Positions 1 through 9,981 of a stretch of DNA of 64,000 nucleotides are shown one piece after another. The translations under genes were made by a program, and so were the position numbers. The stretch is from an uncultured Candidatus Entotheonella sp. GTDB lineage: Bacteria; Tectomicrobia; Entotheonellia; Entotheonellales; Entotheonellaceae. Under the pieces are notes generated by a model. The model was given only the letters and a program-made list of their open reading frames with translations, searched no databases and had not been told where the DNA came from. The stretch lies in assembly GCA_965217185.1 (NCBI GenBank), contig OZ244252.1, forward strand, positions 1,760,001 to 1,824,000, read 5' to 3'. Each line of letters starts with the position of its first letter. Positions within the stretch are counted from its first letter, which is position 1.

Positions 1-312
1 GTTCAGGGTGTGCTGCAAATCCGGGCCTTGGCTCTCCTGAATGTTGCGGATCATCTCCTCCCAGGTGCCGAGGGTGGCCCGCATTACAAAGTCAATCTCC
101 GGTTGGGCGTTGGGCTCGCACGCCTCCACCGACTTGCAGCCGTACTCCTCGAACACGAAAACGAACAGTTGCGCCGGCTGGTCAGGCTCGGTGGGCTGCA
201 CTTCCACGGCCCAGCGCACGTCCGCGTATCCCAAGCGCCTGTAAGGCACGTCGTTTTCGTTCATCAGCCGTGCCAATTCCTGAAACCACTCGAGCGATGG
301 GAACGTGAACAT
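1..312 (-). CDS. Hypothetical protein, possibly SCP2/sterol-carrier-like fold (runs off the window start)
   Basis: Not in the ORF track. Manual translation from ATG 312: MFTFPSLEWFQELARLMNENDVPYRRLGYADV...DFVMRATLGTWEEMIRNIQ..., open to position 1, with a GGAGG RBS upstream. The FPSxEW N-terminus resembles SCP2-like proteins. Confidence 0.7.
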   Translation of the reverse strand, partial: MFTFPSLEWFQELARLMNENDVPYRRLGYADVRWAVEVQPTEPDQPAQLFVFVFEEYGCKSVEACEPNAQPEIDFVMRATLGTWEEMIRNIQESQGPDLQHTLN

Positions 313-321
313 CCCGCCTCC

Positions 322-357
322 AAAAAAAGCGAGGCAGGGGCGGAAAACCCCTGCCTC
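322..357 (-). terminator. Intrinsic terminator-like hairpin after the ferritin-like gene
   Basis: GAGGCAGGGG/CCCCTGCCTC 10-bp stem followed on the minus strand by GC-T7. Confidence 0.7.
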
Positions 358-382
358 TTGATCTGCCGTTGTCAAATCTTGC

Positions 383-1456
383 CTACAGTAGCGTGAAGTC
401 CTGCGCCTCCTTGAGGAGACAACGGTCCTGCCGGTCGATGCCGATGGAATGGCAACGCTGCAGATACTCCTGGACCATTTTCTTGCGGATAAAGGCGAAT
501 TTCTCCTTGCCCTTATCCATGTGGTCCACGCCGCCGCCGAGGAGGATCAAGAACGGCTCGACCTGTTCGGGCGTAGCGCCCAATTCCATAGTTCGCTGTT
601 CGGCCACGTCCAGCGCCTCCTGGATTTCCTCGATACGGTCCGGGTCTTCCTGGATGAGGTACCGCAACTGCAGGCAGCCAAAGGCGAGATGGCGGGATTC
701 ATCCTGGGCGCACAATCGGAAGATCGTCTTTTCGACTTCATTCTGCGCAATGAGCTCGCCGAGACGGAACAGGGTGAGCACGCGACCCTCGCCGAAGAGG
801 TTCATGCGGGCCAGCATTTGCGGGAAGGAACGCAAATCATGGATGTACTTGAGGCCCTCTTCGACTTCCGGCGGGCATTTGCCCAAGCCGCCGCCGTTGG
901 CCAGGGCGCGTTTGCGGAACACCTCGAGATGGCGCGCCTCGTCCATGATCTGGGTGGCCATGAACAGCTTGGTTTCGTGGTAGGCGTTGTTCACCTTGCT
1001 CAGCCACCAGCCGGGTACGTCGCCGGCAACGAACTCCACCTCGGTGAGGAAGGTGCAAAGCTGCGACATGGCGTGTTCCATGTCGTTGGAGAGCGGCTCG
1101 AGGGTGTGCCACGGGATGTCGCGGGTGGAACTCCACTGCCGCGCCACCGCCTCCTCATAGAGGCCGCCCATGTTTTGCGCCCAGGCTTCGGCGTCGGTGT
1201 TGAGCTCGTAGCCCATGTCCGGCAGTTCCGCAGGATCGAAATCGGCGCCGCGAGGGGCGAAGCTGAGAGAGTCGTTGGCATCCTTGGGAATGACGCCGTA
1301 GGAGCCGACGTTGATGTCGTCAAGGGTCAGCCCGCGCTTGCCGGGAGTCGCTTTGACGCCCCATTCCGAGTTGAGTTCCATCCAACCCAGGTCGTACTCG
1401 CCATTCTGCAACTTCTCTCGGTAAGCCTGAGAGCGCTCGCTGTACGCCATATCCAC
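383..1456 (-). CDS. Ferritin-like di-iron protein
   Basis: 357 aa; two ExxH motifs (DEARH, DESRH) with preceding Glu-bearing helices. Start may be ATG 1450. Confidence 0.8.
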   Translation of the reverse strand: MDMAYSERSQAYREKLQNGEYDLGWMELNSEWGVKATPGKRGLTLDDINVGSYGVIPKDANDSLSFAPRGADFDPAELPDMGYELNTDAEAWAQNMGGLYEEAVARQWSSTRDIPWHTLEPLSNDMEHAMSQLCTFLTEVEFVAGDVPGWWLSKVNNAYHETKLFMATQIMDEARHLEVFRKRALANGGGLGKCPPEVEEGLKYIHDLRSFPQMLARMNLFGEGRVLTLFRLGELIAQNEVEKTIFRLCAQDESRHLAFGCLQLRYLIQEDPDRIEEIQEALDVAEQRTMELGATPEQVEPFLILLGGGVDHMDKGKEKFAFIRKKMVQEYLQRCHSIGIDRQDRCLLKEAQDFTLL

Positions 1457-1588
1457 CTCCCATTAGGCAGTCTGAGCATTTGACCGTTCGACGGGGAGCA
1501 TTCTATTCCCCCCCTCTTCACAGGATTCTAAAAAATGGCCACGGCTTGATAGCAGAGAACCGTGCGCAAAGCAAACTGTTTTTTCACA

Positions 1589-2593
1589 TCACGCTTCATT
1601 TGCCACCGGCCCCGCGACGGCCGATGCCACGGTCCAGGGCCGCGTCTGTTGGAACTCCGTGCTTCGTAACGAGCAGGGCGCCATGCGGCAGGACACGCAA
1701 TCCTTTGGCTGGCACGGGTCGAGATGGATGATGACGTCGCCCTGCTCGGGCTGCGAATCGTGAATGACCTGCTCGACCTCTTCAATGATCTCGTGGCAGT
1801 GTTGCAGGTTCCAATAGCGCGGCAGGGTGAGGTGAAAATCGACGTGGAGGCGGGCGCCGGAACGCCAGGCGCGCAGGCAGTGTACGTCGATCCAGGGGAT
1901 CTGGCGGCGGGTCTGCAGGGTCTCAACGATGTGTTCGAGGAGCGACGGGTCGGCCTCGTCCATCAAACGGGCCACGGCTTCGCGAAAAAGCCGGATTCCC
2001 ATAATCAGGATGGAAACCGCAACGCCCAAGGCAACGACGGCATCCAGGATGTACCAGCCGGTAAGCCACACCAGCAGCATGCCCACGACGATACCGGCGC
2101 TGGTGTACGAATCCGACAGCAGGTGCTTGCCGTCGGCGATCAGGGCGAGGGACTGGGTGCGATGTCCAACGCGCTGCAGATACCAGCCGGTCAGGGCATT
2201 GACCACACCGGCAACCGCAACCAAGGCGATACCCTCCGACAACTGGCTGAGGGGCTGTGGTGCCAGCAGGCGCGGCACCGCGTGCCAGAAGATGGCCACC
2301 GCGGCGACGACAATGAGCATGCCTTCCAGACCTGCCGAAAAGAATTCCACCCGGCCATGCCCGTAGGGATGCGACGAGTCCGGGGGGCGGGCGCTGAGCA
2401 TGATGCTGAACAACGCGAAGCCACTGGCAAAAACGTTCACGATCGATTCCAGCGCATCGGACAAAACGGCGGCGGAATCGGTCAGCCAGTAGGCCACAAA
2501 CTTGACCGCCATGAGGACCACACCCACACACAGGGCCAGTGCTGCGATGTTGCGGCTTCGAATTGGTTCTGGAAACTGCTTTGCGTCTTGCAT
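1589..2593 (-). CDS. Cation diffusion facilitator family transporter (FieF-like)
   Basis: SAAVLSDALES, HPYGHGRVE and HLLSD motifs, about 6 TM helices, C-terminal cytosolic domain with IHLDP and a Cys-rich tail. Confidence 0.92.
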   Translation of the reverse strand: MQDAKQFPEPIRSRNIAALALCVGVVLMAVKFVAYWLTDSAAVLSDALESIVNVFASGFALFSIMLSARPPDSSHPYGHGRVEFFSAGLEGMLIVVAAVAIFWHAVPRLLAPQPLSQLSEGIALVAVAGVVNALTGWYLQRVGHRTQSLALIADGKHLLSDSYTSAGIVVGMLLVWLTGWYILDAVVALGVAVSILIMGIRLFREAVARLMDEADPSLLEHIVETLQTRRQIPWIDVHCLRAWRSGARLHVDFHLTLPRYWNLQHCHEIIEEVEQVIHDSQPEQGDVIIHLDPCQPKDCVSCRMAPCSLRSTEFQQTRPWTVASAVAGPVANEA

Positions 2594-2705
2594 GGTAGAT
2601 CCTCAAGTATGGAAATGAAGCGGCAGATTGTAGCATGCCACCGTCGGGTTGGGGCGGATCGAGCGGCGGTTGCGGAAAAAATGACTTGACCCCTGAGAAT
2701 GCGCC

Positions 2706-2735
2706 TTGACACGCTTTTTGGCTACGTAGTACATT
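2706..2735 (+). promoter_or_regulatory. Sigma70-like promoter about 500 bp upstream of leuA
   Basis: TTGACA-18 nt-TACATT. Confidence 0.5.
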
Positions 2736-3240
2736 CTGCCCTCACTTTTAAGCTTTCCTGCAATAAACAGCATCAAGCTGGCGAGGTACCGTGGATACCA
2801 TGAGCAGTAGCAGAGATATAGTCGGGCGCAATGTTTCGACGGCGCTTGCCTCCGGTGCGCGGTTGCACCGGGTATCGCTGGAGCTCATGGCATCCGACAT
2901 CCTTCTTTCCTCCCCTCCTTTGCAATAGCGCAATCGCTTTCCGGCTCACTGAACACCAGAAAGCAACCATTCCTGATTTTTGTGCGTTCTGTGCATCCGT
3001 TTCCGGCTTGACTTTCAATTGCAAGTTGTCTCCCTGCACCGTATTTGGGGCGAGACGGGTTGGAACCCGCAACAAACAGGCCATATTGCCGTCGCTTGTG
3101 AAAACAACCAGAGGGGTAATCGCTGATGCAGAAAAGCGACGTTTCCGATGCCACGTTGCGAGTTGGGAGGCAATCGCCGGGGCGGGCATTCAAATGGTTC
3201 TGAATAAGCCAGCTACTACTAAATCTGGAGGAAGATCGTC

Positions 3241-5040
3241 ATGGCCAACGCGAAGAGCATCAGCAAGCAGAAGCCAAGCTCAATGCCATACAACAAATAC
3301 GAACCCTATCCGTACGCACCCCCTCTAGCTAATCGGACTTGGCCGGACCGCATCATCACCGAGGCGCCTCTCTGGTGCTCGGTCGATCTTCGCGACGGCA
3401 ATCAGGCATTGATTGACCCGATGGACGCGCCTCGCAAGAAGCAGATGTTTGAGGAACTTGTGGAGATGGGGTTCAAAGAAATTGAGATTGGTTTTCCATC
3501 CGCCTCAGCCCCGGATTTCGATTTCTGCCGCCTGTTGATCGAAGAGGATATGATTCCAGACGATGTCTGGGTCCAGGTACTCACCCAATCTCGTTCCGAA
3601 CTCATCTCGCGCAGTTTTGAAGCCCTGAGCGGTTGTGAACGGGCAATTATGCATCTGTACAATCCAACGTCGACCCTCCAACGGCGCGTGGTGTACGGTC
3701 TTGACCGGGCCGGCATTATCGACCTCGCTGTCACAGGCACCCGCCAGTGCCGGCAGTTGCGCGAGGCCATGAGCAACACACACGTCCGTTTTGAGTATTC
3801 GCCGGAGTCTTTTACCGGCACAGAGATCGACTTCGCAATTGAAATCTGCGAACGCGTGTCGGAGGAGTGGGGCGCAACGCCTGAAGAGCCGCTCATTCTC
3901 AATCTGCCGGCCACGGTGGAGATGTCCACGGCTAATCTGTATGGCGACCTCATTGAGTATTTCCATCGCAACATTCGGAATCGCGACGCCATCATTTTGT
4001 CGCTGCATCCACACAACGACCGGGGTTGTGGTGTCGCGGCGGCCGAATTTGGCCTGATGGCCGGGGCGGACCGCGTCGAAGGGACGCTTTTTGGCAATGG
4101 TGAGCGTACGGGTAACGTTGACATCATCACGCTGGCCATGAATCTGTTTTCCCAAGGCGTCGATCCGGAGCTGGAGATAAACCATATTGATCACTTGCGT
4201 CGTGTTGCGGAGTACTGTAACCAGTTGCCAGTCCACCCACGCCATCCCTACGGAGGGGACCTGGTTTACACCGCGTTTTCGGGCAGCCATCAGGACGCCA
4301 TCAAGAAGGGCTTCGAGGCTCTCGAAAAAGACTACACACTGTGGCAGGTTCCCTATCTGCCAATTGATCCCGCTCACGTAGGAAGGACCTACCAGGACGT
4401 GATCCGGGTCAACAGCCAATCGGGCAAGGGTGGTGTGGCCTACGTGTTGAAGAACAGTTATGGCCTTAATCTGCCGCGACGATTGCAAGTGGAATTCAGT
4501 CAGATCATTCAGTCGATCACCGATGAAGGTGGCGAGATTCTGCCGGAAAGGATCAAAGCGACATTTGACGAGACCTATCTGAATGCCGAGAGTCCTTTGA
4601 CGTATCTGGGACATCGCAGCAATTTTGATTCGTCGAACTCGTCGGATAGCGAGGTCACCGCACGGGTGCGGCTGAACGGTTCCGAGATCGAAGTCTCAGG
4701 GTCAGGAAACGGACCTTTGTCGGCATTCAAAAATGCCCTTGAGACTCAATGCGGGATCAACGTCCATCTGGTCGACTATCAGGAACATGCGGTTGGCGCC
4801 GGCGCGGGTGCGAGGGCGGCAGCCTACGTTGAGATCGAGACCCCGGACCAACGGGTTCGCTGGGGTGCCGGGATCGATTCCAATATCGTGACGGCGAGTT
4901 TCCAAGCCCTGATTTCAGCGATCAATCGTGCCGCAGATACGCACTCGCTCAAGCCCGGCGCTATGCAAAATCGAGTACAGGCCGACGCCTCGCCGTTCGG
5001 AGAATCGCATGACCGAAAAACCTTCGCCCGCCATTCCTGA
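3241..5040 (+). CDS. leuA: 2-isopropylmalate synthase (actinobacterial/yeast-type)
   Basis: WCSVDLRDGNQAL, FEYSPESF, LHPHNDRG, GNGERTGN and RVNSQSGKGG motifs, C-terminal regulatory domain; GGAGG RBS. Confidence 0.97.
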   Translation: MANAKSISKQKPSSMPYNKYEPYPYAPPLANRTWPDRIITEAPLWCSVDLRDGNQALIDPMDAPRKKQMFEELVEMGFKEIEIGFPSASAPDFDFCRLLIEEDMIPDDVWVQVLTQSRSELISRSFEALSGCERAIMHLYNPTSTLQRRVVYGLDRAGIIDLAVTGTRQCRQLREAMSNTHVRFEYSPESFTGTEIDFAIEICERVSEEWGATPEEPLILNLPATVEMSTANLYGDLIEYFHRNIRNRDAIILSLHPHNDRGCGVAAAEFGLMAGADRVEGTLFGNGERTGNVDIITLAMNLFSQGVDPELEINHIDHLRRVAEYCNQLPVHPRHPYGGDLVYTAFSGSHQDAIKKGFEALEKDYTLWQVPYLPIDPAHVGRTYQDVIRVNSQSGKGGVAYVLKNSYGLNLPRRLQVEFSQIIQSITDEGGEILPERIKATFDETYLNAESPLTYLGHRSNFDSSNSSDSEVTARVRLNGSEIEVSGSGNGPLSAFKNALETQCGINVHLVDYQEHAVGAGAGARAAAYVEIETPDQRVRWGAGIDSNIVTASFQALISAINRAADTHSLKPGAMQNRVQADASPFGESHDRKTFARHS

Positions 5041-5689
5041 GCGGCTTTCGCAGGAGGAAGTAGCGGCGTTTTTCCGCCTTCACCTGCAGATCCACGGCCC
5101 GAATTGGCGGGGACTCGGTTGGCAGAGTCAGCGCAGCCAGCAGCGACGCTTCGCTGTCCTGTCTGAGGTCGGCCCGTTAGCGAACGCCCACGTGCTGGAC
5201 ATCGGCTGCGGCGTGGGCGATCTCTACAAGTACCTGCTGCTGCGGCGCATTCCGGTGAATTACACGGGCTTCGATATTTTGCCTGAGATGGTCGCCCATG
5301 CTCGCAAGCGCTACCCGGAAGCGCAATTTGAGGTGCGCGACGCGCTGCAAGGACTAGGTTCCCAGCAGTTTGATTACGTCCTGTGTTCCGGGGCGTTCAA
5401 CGTCAATTTCGGGCGCAATCTGGAAGCGGCGCAGGAAGTCCTCAACGAGTTGCTGCGTTGCAGCACCCGCGGCGTGGCGATCAATTTCCTCAGCACGCGG
5501 GCACGCGAGCGAGATACCATCCTGTTTAACTACGATCCTGAAGCGTTGTTTACATACTGCCAAACCCTCACCCCGCATGTGCAGTTGCTGGAGGGGTATT
5601 TGCCGAATGATTTCACACTGTATCTTTATCCTGAGCGCAGTGACAAAATCCAGCGTGCTGAACCTGTCCTGGAAAGGAGCCCATCGTGA
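5009..5689 (+). CDS. Class I SAM-dependent methyltransferase
   Basis: VLDIGCGVG motif I and FDYVLCSGAF; ATG 5009 overlaps the leuA end. Confidence 0.88.
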   Translation: MTEKPSPAIPERLSQEEVAAFFRLHLQIHGPNWRGLGWQSQRSQQRRFAVLSEVGPLANAHVLDIGCGVGDLYKYLLLRRIPVNYTGFDILPEMVAHARKRYPEAQFEVRDALQGLGSQQFDYVLCSGAFNVNFGRNLEAAQEVLNELLRCSTRGVAINFLSTRARERDTILFNYDPEALFTYCQTLTPHVQLLEGYLPNDFTLYLYPERSDKIQRAEPVLERSPS

Positions 5690-6303
5690 TTTATGAAGTC
5701 CGTACGTACGACCTGAAACCGGGGTCGGTCGCCCAGTGGGAGGGGCACTTCGAGGCGGCCTTGCCCAACCGCGTGAAGTATTCGGAGTTGGCGGCGCTGT
5801 GGCACACGGATATCGGGCCGTTGAATCAAGTGATCCACGTGTGGCCGTACGAGAACCTGGAGCACCGCACGGAAGTCCGCGCCAAAGCCGCGCAGGAGCC
5901 GGGCTGGCCGCCCAAGGGTGGAGAGCTGCTTTTGTCGATGGAGTCCCAGATTTGGACGCCGGCGCCCTTTTCCCCGGCCCTTGGCGGCAACCGGAAGCTG
6001 GGCAATGTCTACGAGATGCGCATCTACGAATACCAGCCGGGGTCGATGCCCAAGGTGCTGGCAGCGTGGGAGAAATCGCTGCCGAAACGTCTTGAGTTGT
6101 CGCCGATTGCCGGTTGCATGTACACGGACATCGGAGGCCTCAATTTGTGGATGCACATTTGGCCATACGCCGACCTTGGCGAGCGCGACCGCATCCGGGC
6201 GGCCTCGATACAATTGGCCGATTGGCCGCCGCAGACGCGCGAGTGGCTAGTCAACATGCAGAACAAGATTGTTGTGCCGGCGGCGTGTTCGCCGATGGCA
6301 TGA
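5686..6303 (+). CDS. NIPSNAP family protein
   Basis: Two repeats of YExRxY...IGxLNxxxHxWPY. Confidence 0.92.
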   Translation: MIYEVRTYDLKPGSVAQWEGHFEAALPNRVKYSELAALWHTDIGPLNQVIHVWPYENLEHRTEVRAKAAQEPGWPPKGGELLLSMESQIWTPAPFSPALGGNRKLGNVYEMRIYEYQPGSMPKVLAAWEKSLPKRLELSPIAGCMYTDIGGLNLWMHIWPYADLGERDRIRAASIQLADWPPQTREWLVNMQNKIVVPAACSPMA

Positions 6304-6476
6304 GGTTGCCTGCGGGACCGACTCAGGTTGAAATCCGTCGGTCCCCATGCATCCTTGACAAGCTGGGGGTATCCGAATAAATTACAGCCCGGATAGGGTT
6401 AATACCTTACAATTCAATTGAATCAACGGTAACATGCCATGTCTTGTGAGGGAGTCTGAGGAAGGGGGAACTTTCG

Positions 6477-6833
6477 ATGCCGATTTACGAGTATCGCTGC
6501 CAGGACTGCAATCACGAATTTGAGCGAATGCAGAAGTTTTCAGACCCGCCGATAGCGGTTTGTCCAACCTGCGACGGCTCGGTGCAAAAATTGATTTCGC
6601 GCTCCGCGTTCCACCTCAAGGGTAGCGGCTGGTACGTGACCGACTACGGGCGTAACGAGGGTCAGAAAAGCGAATCGTCAGAAAAGGACACGACGGAGAG
6701 CACAACGGGCGAGAAGAGCACGTCCGAAAAGTCCGAAAAGAGTGATGGCAAGACCGCAACAGCAAGTGCGCCCTCGGGGAACAGCAGCGAATCCGCCAAG
6801 AAAAAATCGTCAGGAACAACGGCGGCGGCGTAG
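6477..6833 (+). CDS. FmdB family zinc-ribbon regulatory protein
   Basis: MPIYEYRCxxC...CPxC...FHLKGSGWYVTDY followed by a low-complexity Ser/Lys/Thr tail. Confidence 0.92.
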   Translation: MPIYEYRCQDCNHEFERMQKFSDPPIAVCPTCDGSVQKLISRSAFHLKGSGWYVTDYGRNEGQKSESSEKDTTESTTGEKSTSEKSEKSDGKTATASAPSGNSSESAKKKSSGTTAAA

Positions 6834-6859
6834 CGTTTCGCAGCAGCTAACCCGTCTTT

Positions 6860-7135
6860 TCACGAACGCTGCCCGGCGCCTCGTGAACGGATGCTGACAC
6901 TGAAGAGGGGTTTTTCACGCGACGCGAAAATGTTTTTGAATTGTTGCTTCGAGAAACCCTCCTCACTTCCAGGACGCCGCCGATAATGCAGTTCCAATTG
7001 GCGTCCATCCTTCCCCAAGCCGCGAACAACAATCTTCTCCTCCACGATCCGAATCTGAAAGGTTCCGTATTGCACCTCCTCGCCGCGGGCCAAATGACGG
7101 AACAGGTTTTGCGTCAGCGCCGTGTATTTCTTCAT
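6860..7135 (-). CDS. Small hypothetical protein
   Basis: 91-aa ORF with a GAGGAG RBS, downstream of trkA on the same strand. Confidence 0.6.
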   Translation of the reverse strand: MKKYTALTQNLFRHLARGEEVQYGTFQIRIVEEKIVVRGLGKDGRQLELHYRRRPGSEEGFSKQQFKNIFASREKPLFSVSIRSRGAGQRS

Positions 7136-7206
7136 CTTGATCTCCTCGAATATCTTGTACGCGGGGATGGAATGTGAGAGCCCGGCGGATGTATCAGCGT
7201 TGTCAG

Positions 7207-8562
7207 TTAGGCACCGAATAGCTTGGCAGCCTGTGGCACGGCGGCGGGCAGGGCAAACACGATGACCCGATCGTTCGCCTGGATCACGGTGTCCCCACGC
7301 GGAATGAGAATTTCATCGTCATGGGCCACCGCCCCGACCAAAACGCCGGAAGGCATCCTGATCTTGGATAAAGGCTTGCCAACGATCTTGGCACCCGGGG
7401 CGGCAACCAACTCCAGCGTTTCGGCCTCCGTGTTGATGGACGTGAACACGGACAACACCTGCCCGCGGCGCAAATGGCGGAGAATCGCCCCCGCCGTGAT
7501 CAGGCGCGGCGAGATCGCCGCATCGATACCCAAAGCGGCTATCAGCGGCACGAGATCCGGCCGTTTGATGAGCGTGACGACGCCCCGCGCACCATTGGTT
7601 TTGGCCAACAAGGCCGCGATGAGATTGGTGCCTTCGTCGTTCGTCACAGCAATCACCGCGTCCATTTCCGTGACGCCTTCCTCCCGCAACAGCTTCAAGT
7701 CCGTCGCGTTGCCATGCAGCACCAAGGTGTTCGGCAAGCGGTTGGCCAGCATCTGACAGCGTGCAGGGTCCTGCTCCAACAACCGCACGTCATAGTCCGT
7801 CTCGTCCTGCTCCAGCATGTGCGCCACGTTGTAACCAACTCGACCGCCGCCGATGATGAACACCCTGCGGGCCGGGTGTGACACGATGCCCAGCAGATGC
7901 AGGTTGTCCCGGAGGAGGTCGCTCTTGCCGATAACGAGCAGATGATCATCGGCTTCAATCATCGTGTTGCCCGTCGGGATTAGCGTTTCCCGTCCGCGTT
8001 GTATCGCCGCAATGAGAAAGGGTGCTGGCCCATCACCGACACCGGGGATGTCCCGCAGACGATGGCGGACGATGGGGGCCTGTTTCTGCACCCGGAAAAC
8101 CAGGAGCTTCACGCGGCCCTCGAGAAAGTCGGCAGCTTCCTCCGCGCCCGGCGCCTTGATCAGCCGGCAGACTTCCTCCGCCACGGCCTGACTCGGATTG
8201 ATCAGAAGATCAATACCGATGTGCTTGCCGGCTTGCATGAGCGCCGTCTCGCGAAAGTCCGGCTCGTTGATGCGTGCGATGCAACTGGGCACCCCGGATT
8301 GACGGGCCAGAAGACACGCAACCAGATTGACCTCGTCTGAGCTGGTGACGGCGATCAACATGTCCGTGCGGTCGATCTCAGCATCCTCCAGCACCTGCGG
8401 GCTTGCCGCATGGCCCCGGAAGGCCAGGACGTCCAACTCCTCTTTCACCCGTTCGATAAGCTCCGGCGAGTGATCAATGACAACCACATCGTGCTGTTCG
8501 CGGATCAAACGGCTGGCAACGTGGTAGCCGACCTCCCCCGCTCCAAGGACGATGATGCGCAC
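7207..8562 (-). CDS. trkA: Trk system potassium uptake protein TrkA
   Basis: Two RCK_N (GAGEVG, GGGRVG) plus RCK_C domains; 451 aa. Confidence 0.95.
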   Translation of the reverse strand: MRIIVLGAGEVGYHVASRLIREQHDVVVIDHSPELIERVKEELDVLAFRGHAASPQVLEDAEIDRTDMLIAVTSSDEVNLVACLLARQSGVPSCIARINEPDFRETALMQAGKHIGIDLLINPSQAVAEEVCRLIKAPGAEEAADFLEGRVKLLVFRVQKQAPIVRHRLRDIPGVGDGPAPFLIAAIQRGRETLIPTGNTMIEADDHLLVIGKSDLLRDNLHLLGIVSHPARRVFIIGGGRVGYNVAHMLEQDETDYDVRLLEQDPARCQMLANRLPNTLVLHGNATDLKLLREEGVTEMDAVIAVTNDEGTNLIAALLAKTNGARGVVTLIKRPDLVPLIAALGIDAAISPRLITAGAILRHLRRGQVLSVFTSINTEAETLELVAAPGAKIVGKPLSKIRMPSGVLVGAVAHDDEILIPRGDTVIQANDRVIVFALPAAVPQAAKLFGA

Positions 8563-8925
8563 AATGATGTCCCTTCTGTGTTATTGACGGGCTGGCCGAA
8601 GCCCAAGGTTTTGCTGATTGATGCAGCGCGGACGGCACTAGGTTTAGTGTCTGCTGACTCTCGCACGGCAGGGATGGGCAGGAGTTGTAACAACACCCTC
8701 GGTCAGGTGTCAAGCGCATAAAATGCTCGCCGTCTCTTCAGGGTTGACACGACGCGCGGAAGGTCGATAATCGGCCCAACGTAGCCTGAGCGGCAAACCA
8801 GAATTCATGGGGATGAGCAGTCCGGCTTATCGTTTCCTGAACATCAATTGCCTGCGTAGAACTCGCCAATCCCCAACCGATGGTGGCAAGGTCTGGGGGC
8901 TTGGCTGGTGCTGGGAGTGCGCACG

Positions 8926-9915
8926 ATGAAGGTGATGCAGATCGGCTTGGGCTCCATAGGGAAGGCGGTTACCCGGCTGCTGCTCAAGAAGCCCGGCTGG
9001 CAAGTTGCCGCAGCTTTTGACATTGACCCAGCCAAGCAAGGACGAGATCTCGGCGAAGTTGTCGAGATCGATCAACGGCTTGGTATTCCGGTGCGTGGAG
9101 ATTTTCTGGATTTCCAACAATACGACGGCGTCGACGTCGCCTTGCTGACCACCGTCTCCACCCTTCCCGAAATTCTGCCCACGCTGCACGCCCTGATGGA
9201 GCGAGGCATCAACATCGTCGCCTCTGCTGAAGAGTTGTTCTATCCGCACTACCGCTACCCCGATGAAGCCCGCCGGCTCGATGACATGGCCAAGCAACAC
9301 GGCGTATCTATTCTGGGCACGGGTGTGACGCCGGGCTTCGCCATGGACACGCTGGTGCTGATGCTCACGGGAATGTGCCAGCAGATCAACCGCCTGGCGG
9401 TTACACGAGTCGTCAACGCGTCGGGAAGCCGCTCCTCGCTGCAACAGAAAATCGGCATCGGGCTGACAAAGGAAAGTTTTGCCGAACAGGAGGCACTGCA
9501 TCACGTGGGGGTGGTCGGCCTGGTCGATTCGCTGGCGTTCCTGGCGCACGTCCTTCAATGGCAAATGGACGATTTCAAAGAGCGGCTTGTACCCGTCATT
9601 GCCGACAAGCCCCTGCGCGTAGGACGCCAACAGCTAAAACCGCAGCAGGTTTGCGGGGTTCGCTACATTGTCAAAGGCATCAGCCACGGCAAGGAGGTCA
9701 TTTCCTTTGACCTGCGGACCTACCTCGAGGCCGAGAATGCCCGCAACACGATCTATATTGAAGGGACGCCGTCGCTGGAAATGACGATCAAGAGCAACGA
9801 CATGGGAGACTCCGCGACGGCAGGTCTCCTCGTTAATATGAGCCCCAGCGTGCACCAGGCACAGCCCGGATTGCTCACCGCCCTTGACCTACCCCTGCCG
9901 CATTTTCAGCGCTAA
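8926..9915 (+). CDS. DapB-like NAD(P)-dependent amine dehydrogenase (2,4-diaminopentanoate dehydrogenase family)
   Basis: Rossmann motif MKVMQIGLGSIG, plus EELFYP, LGTGVTPGF and GDSATA. Confidence 0.8.
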   Translation: MKVMQIGLGSIGKAVTRLLLKKPGWQVAAAFDIDPAKQGRDLGEVVEIDQRLGIPVRGDFLDFQQYDGVDVALLTTVSTLPEILPTLHALMERGINIVASAEELFYPHYRYPDEARRLDDMAKQHGVSILGTGVTPGFAMDTLVLMLTGMCQQINRLAVTRVVNASGSRSSLQQKIGIGLTKESFAEQEALHHVGVVGLVDSLAFLAHVLQWQMDDFKERLVPVIADKPLRVGRQQLKPQQVCGVRYIVKGISHGKEVISFDLRTYLEAENARNTIYIEGTPSLEMTIKSNDMGDSATAGLLVNMSPSVHQAQPGLLTALDLPLPHFQR

Positions 9916-9981
9916 GGATTCGTCACGGCTACTCCCCAGGCTATCCCACACAACGACCCTGCGAACGGGCAGACAGGGGGC

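Noticed and set aside
3050..3075. GGGTTGGAACCCGC as a T-box antiterminator for leuA
   Set aside because: It deviates from GGTGGNACCGCG, forms its own hairpin, and has no downstream terminator or convincing exposed specifier loop.
3194..3240. CTACTACTA (Leu3) just before leuA as a leader-peptide attenuator
   Set aside because: The Leu frame has an upstream TGA and no start codon, the nearby ATG reads the run as ACT ACT, and no terminator follows.
8563..8720. c-di-AMP (ydaO) riboswitch upstream of trkA
   Set aside because: I could not find the conserved ydaO sequence elements by eye; a cmscan would settle it.
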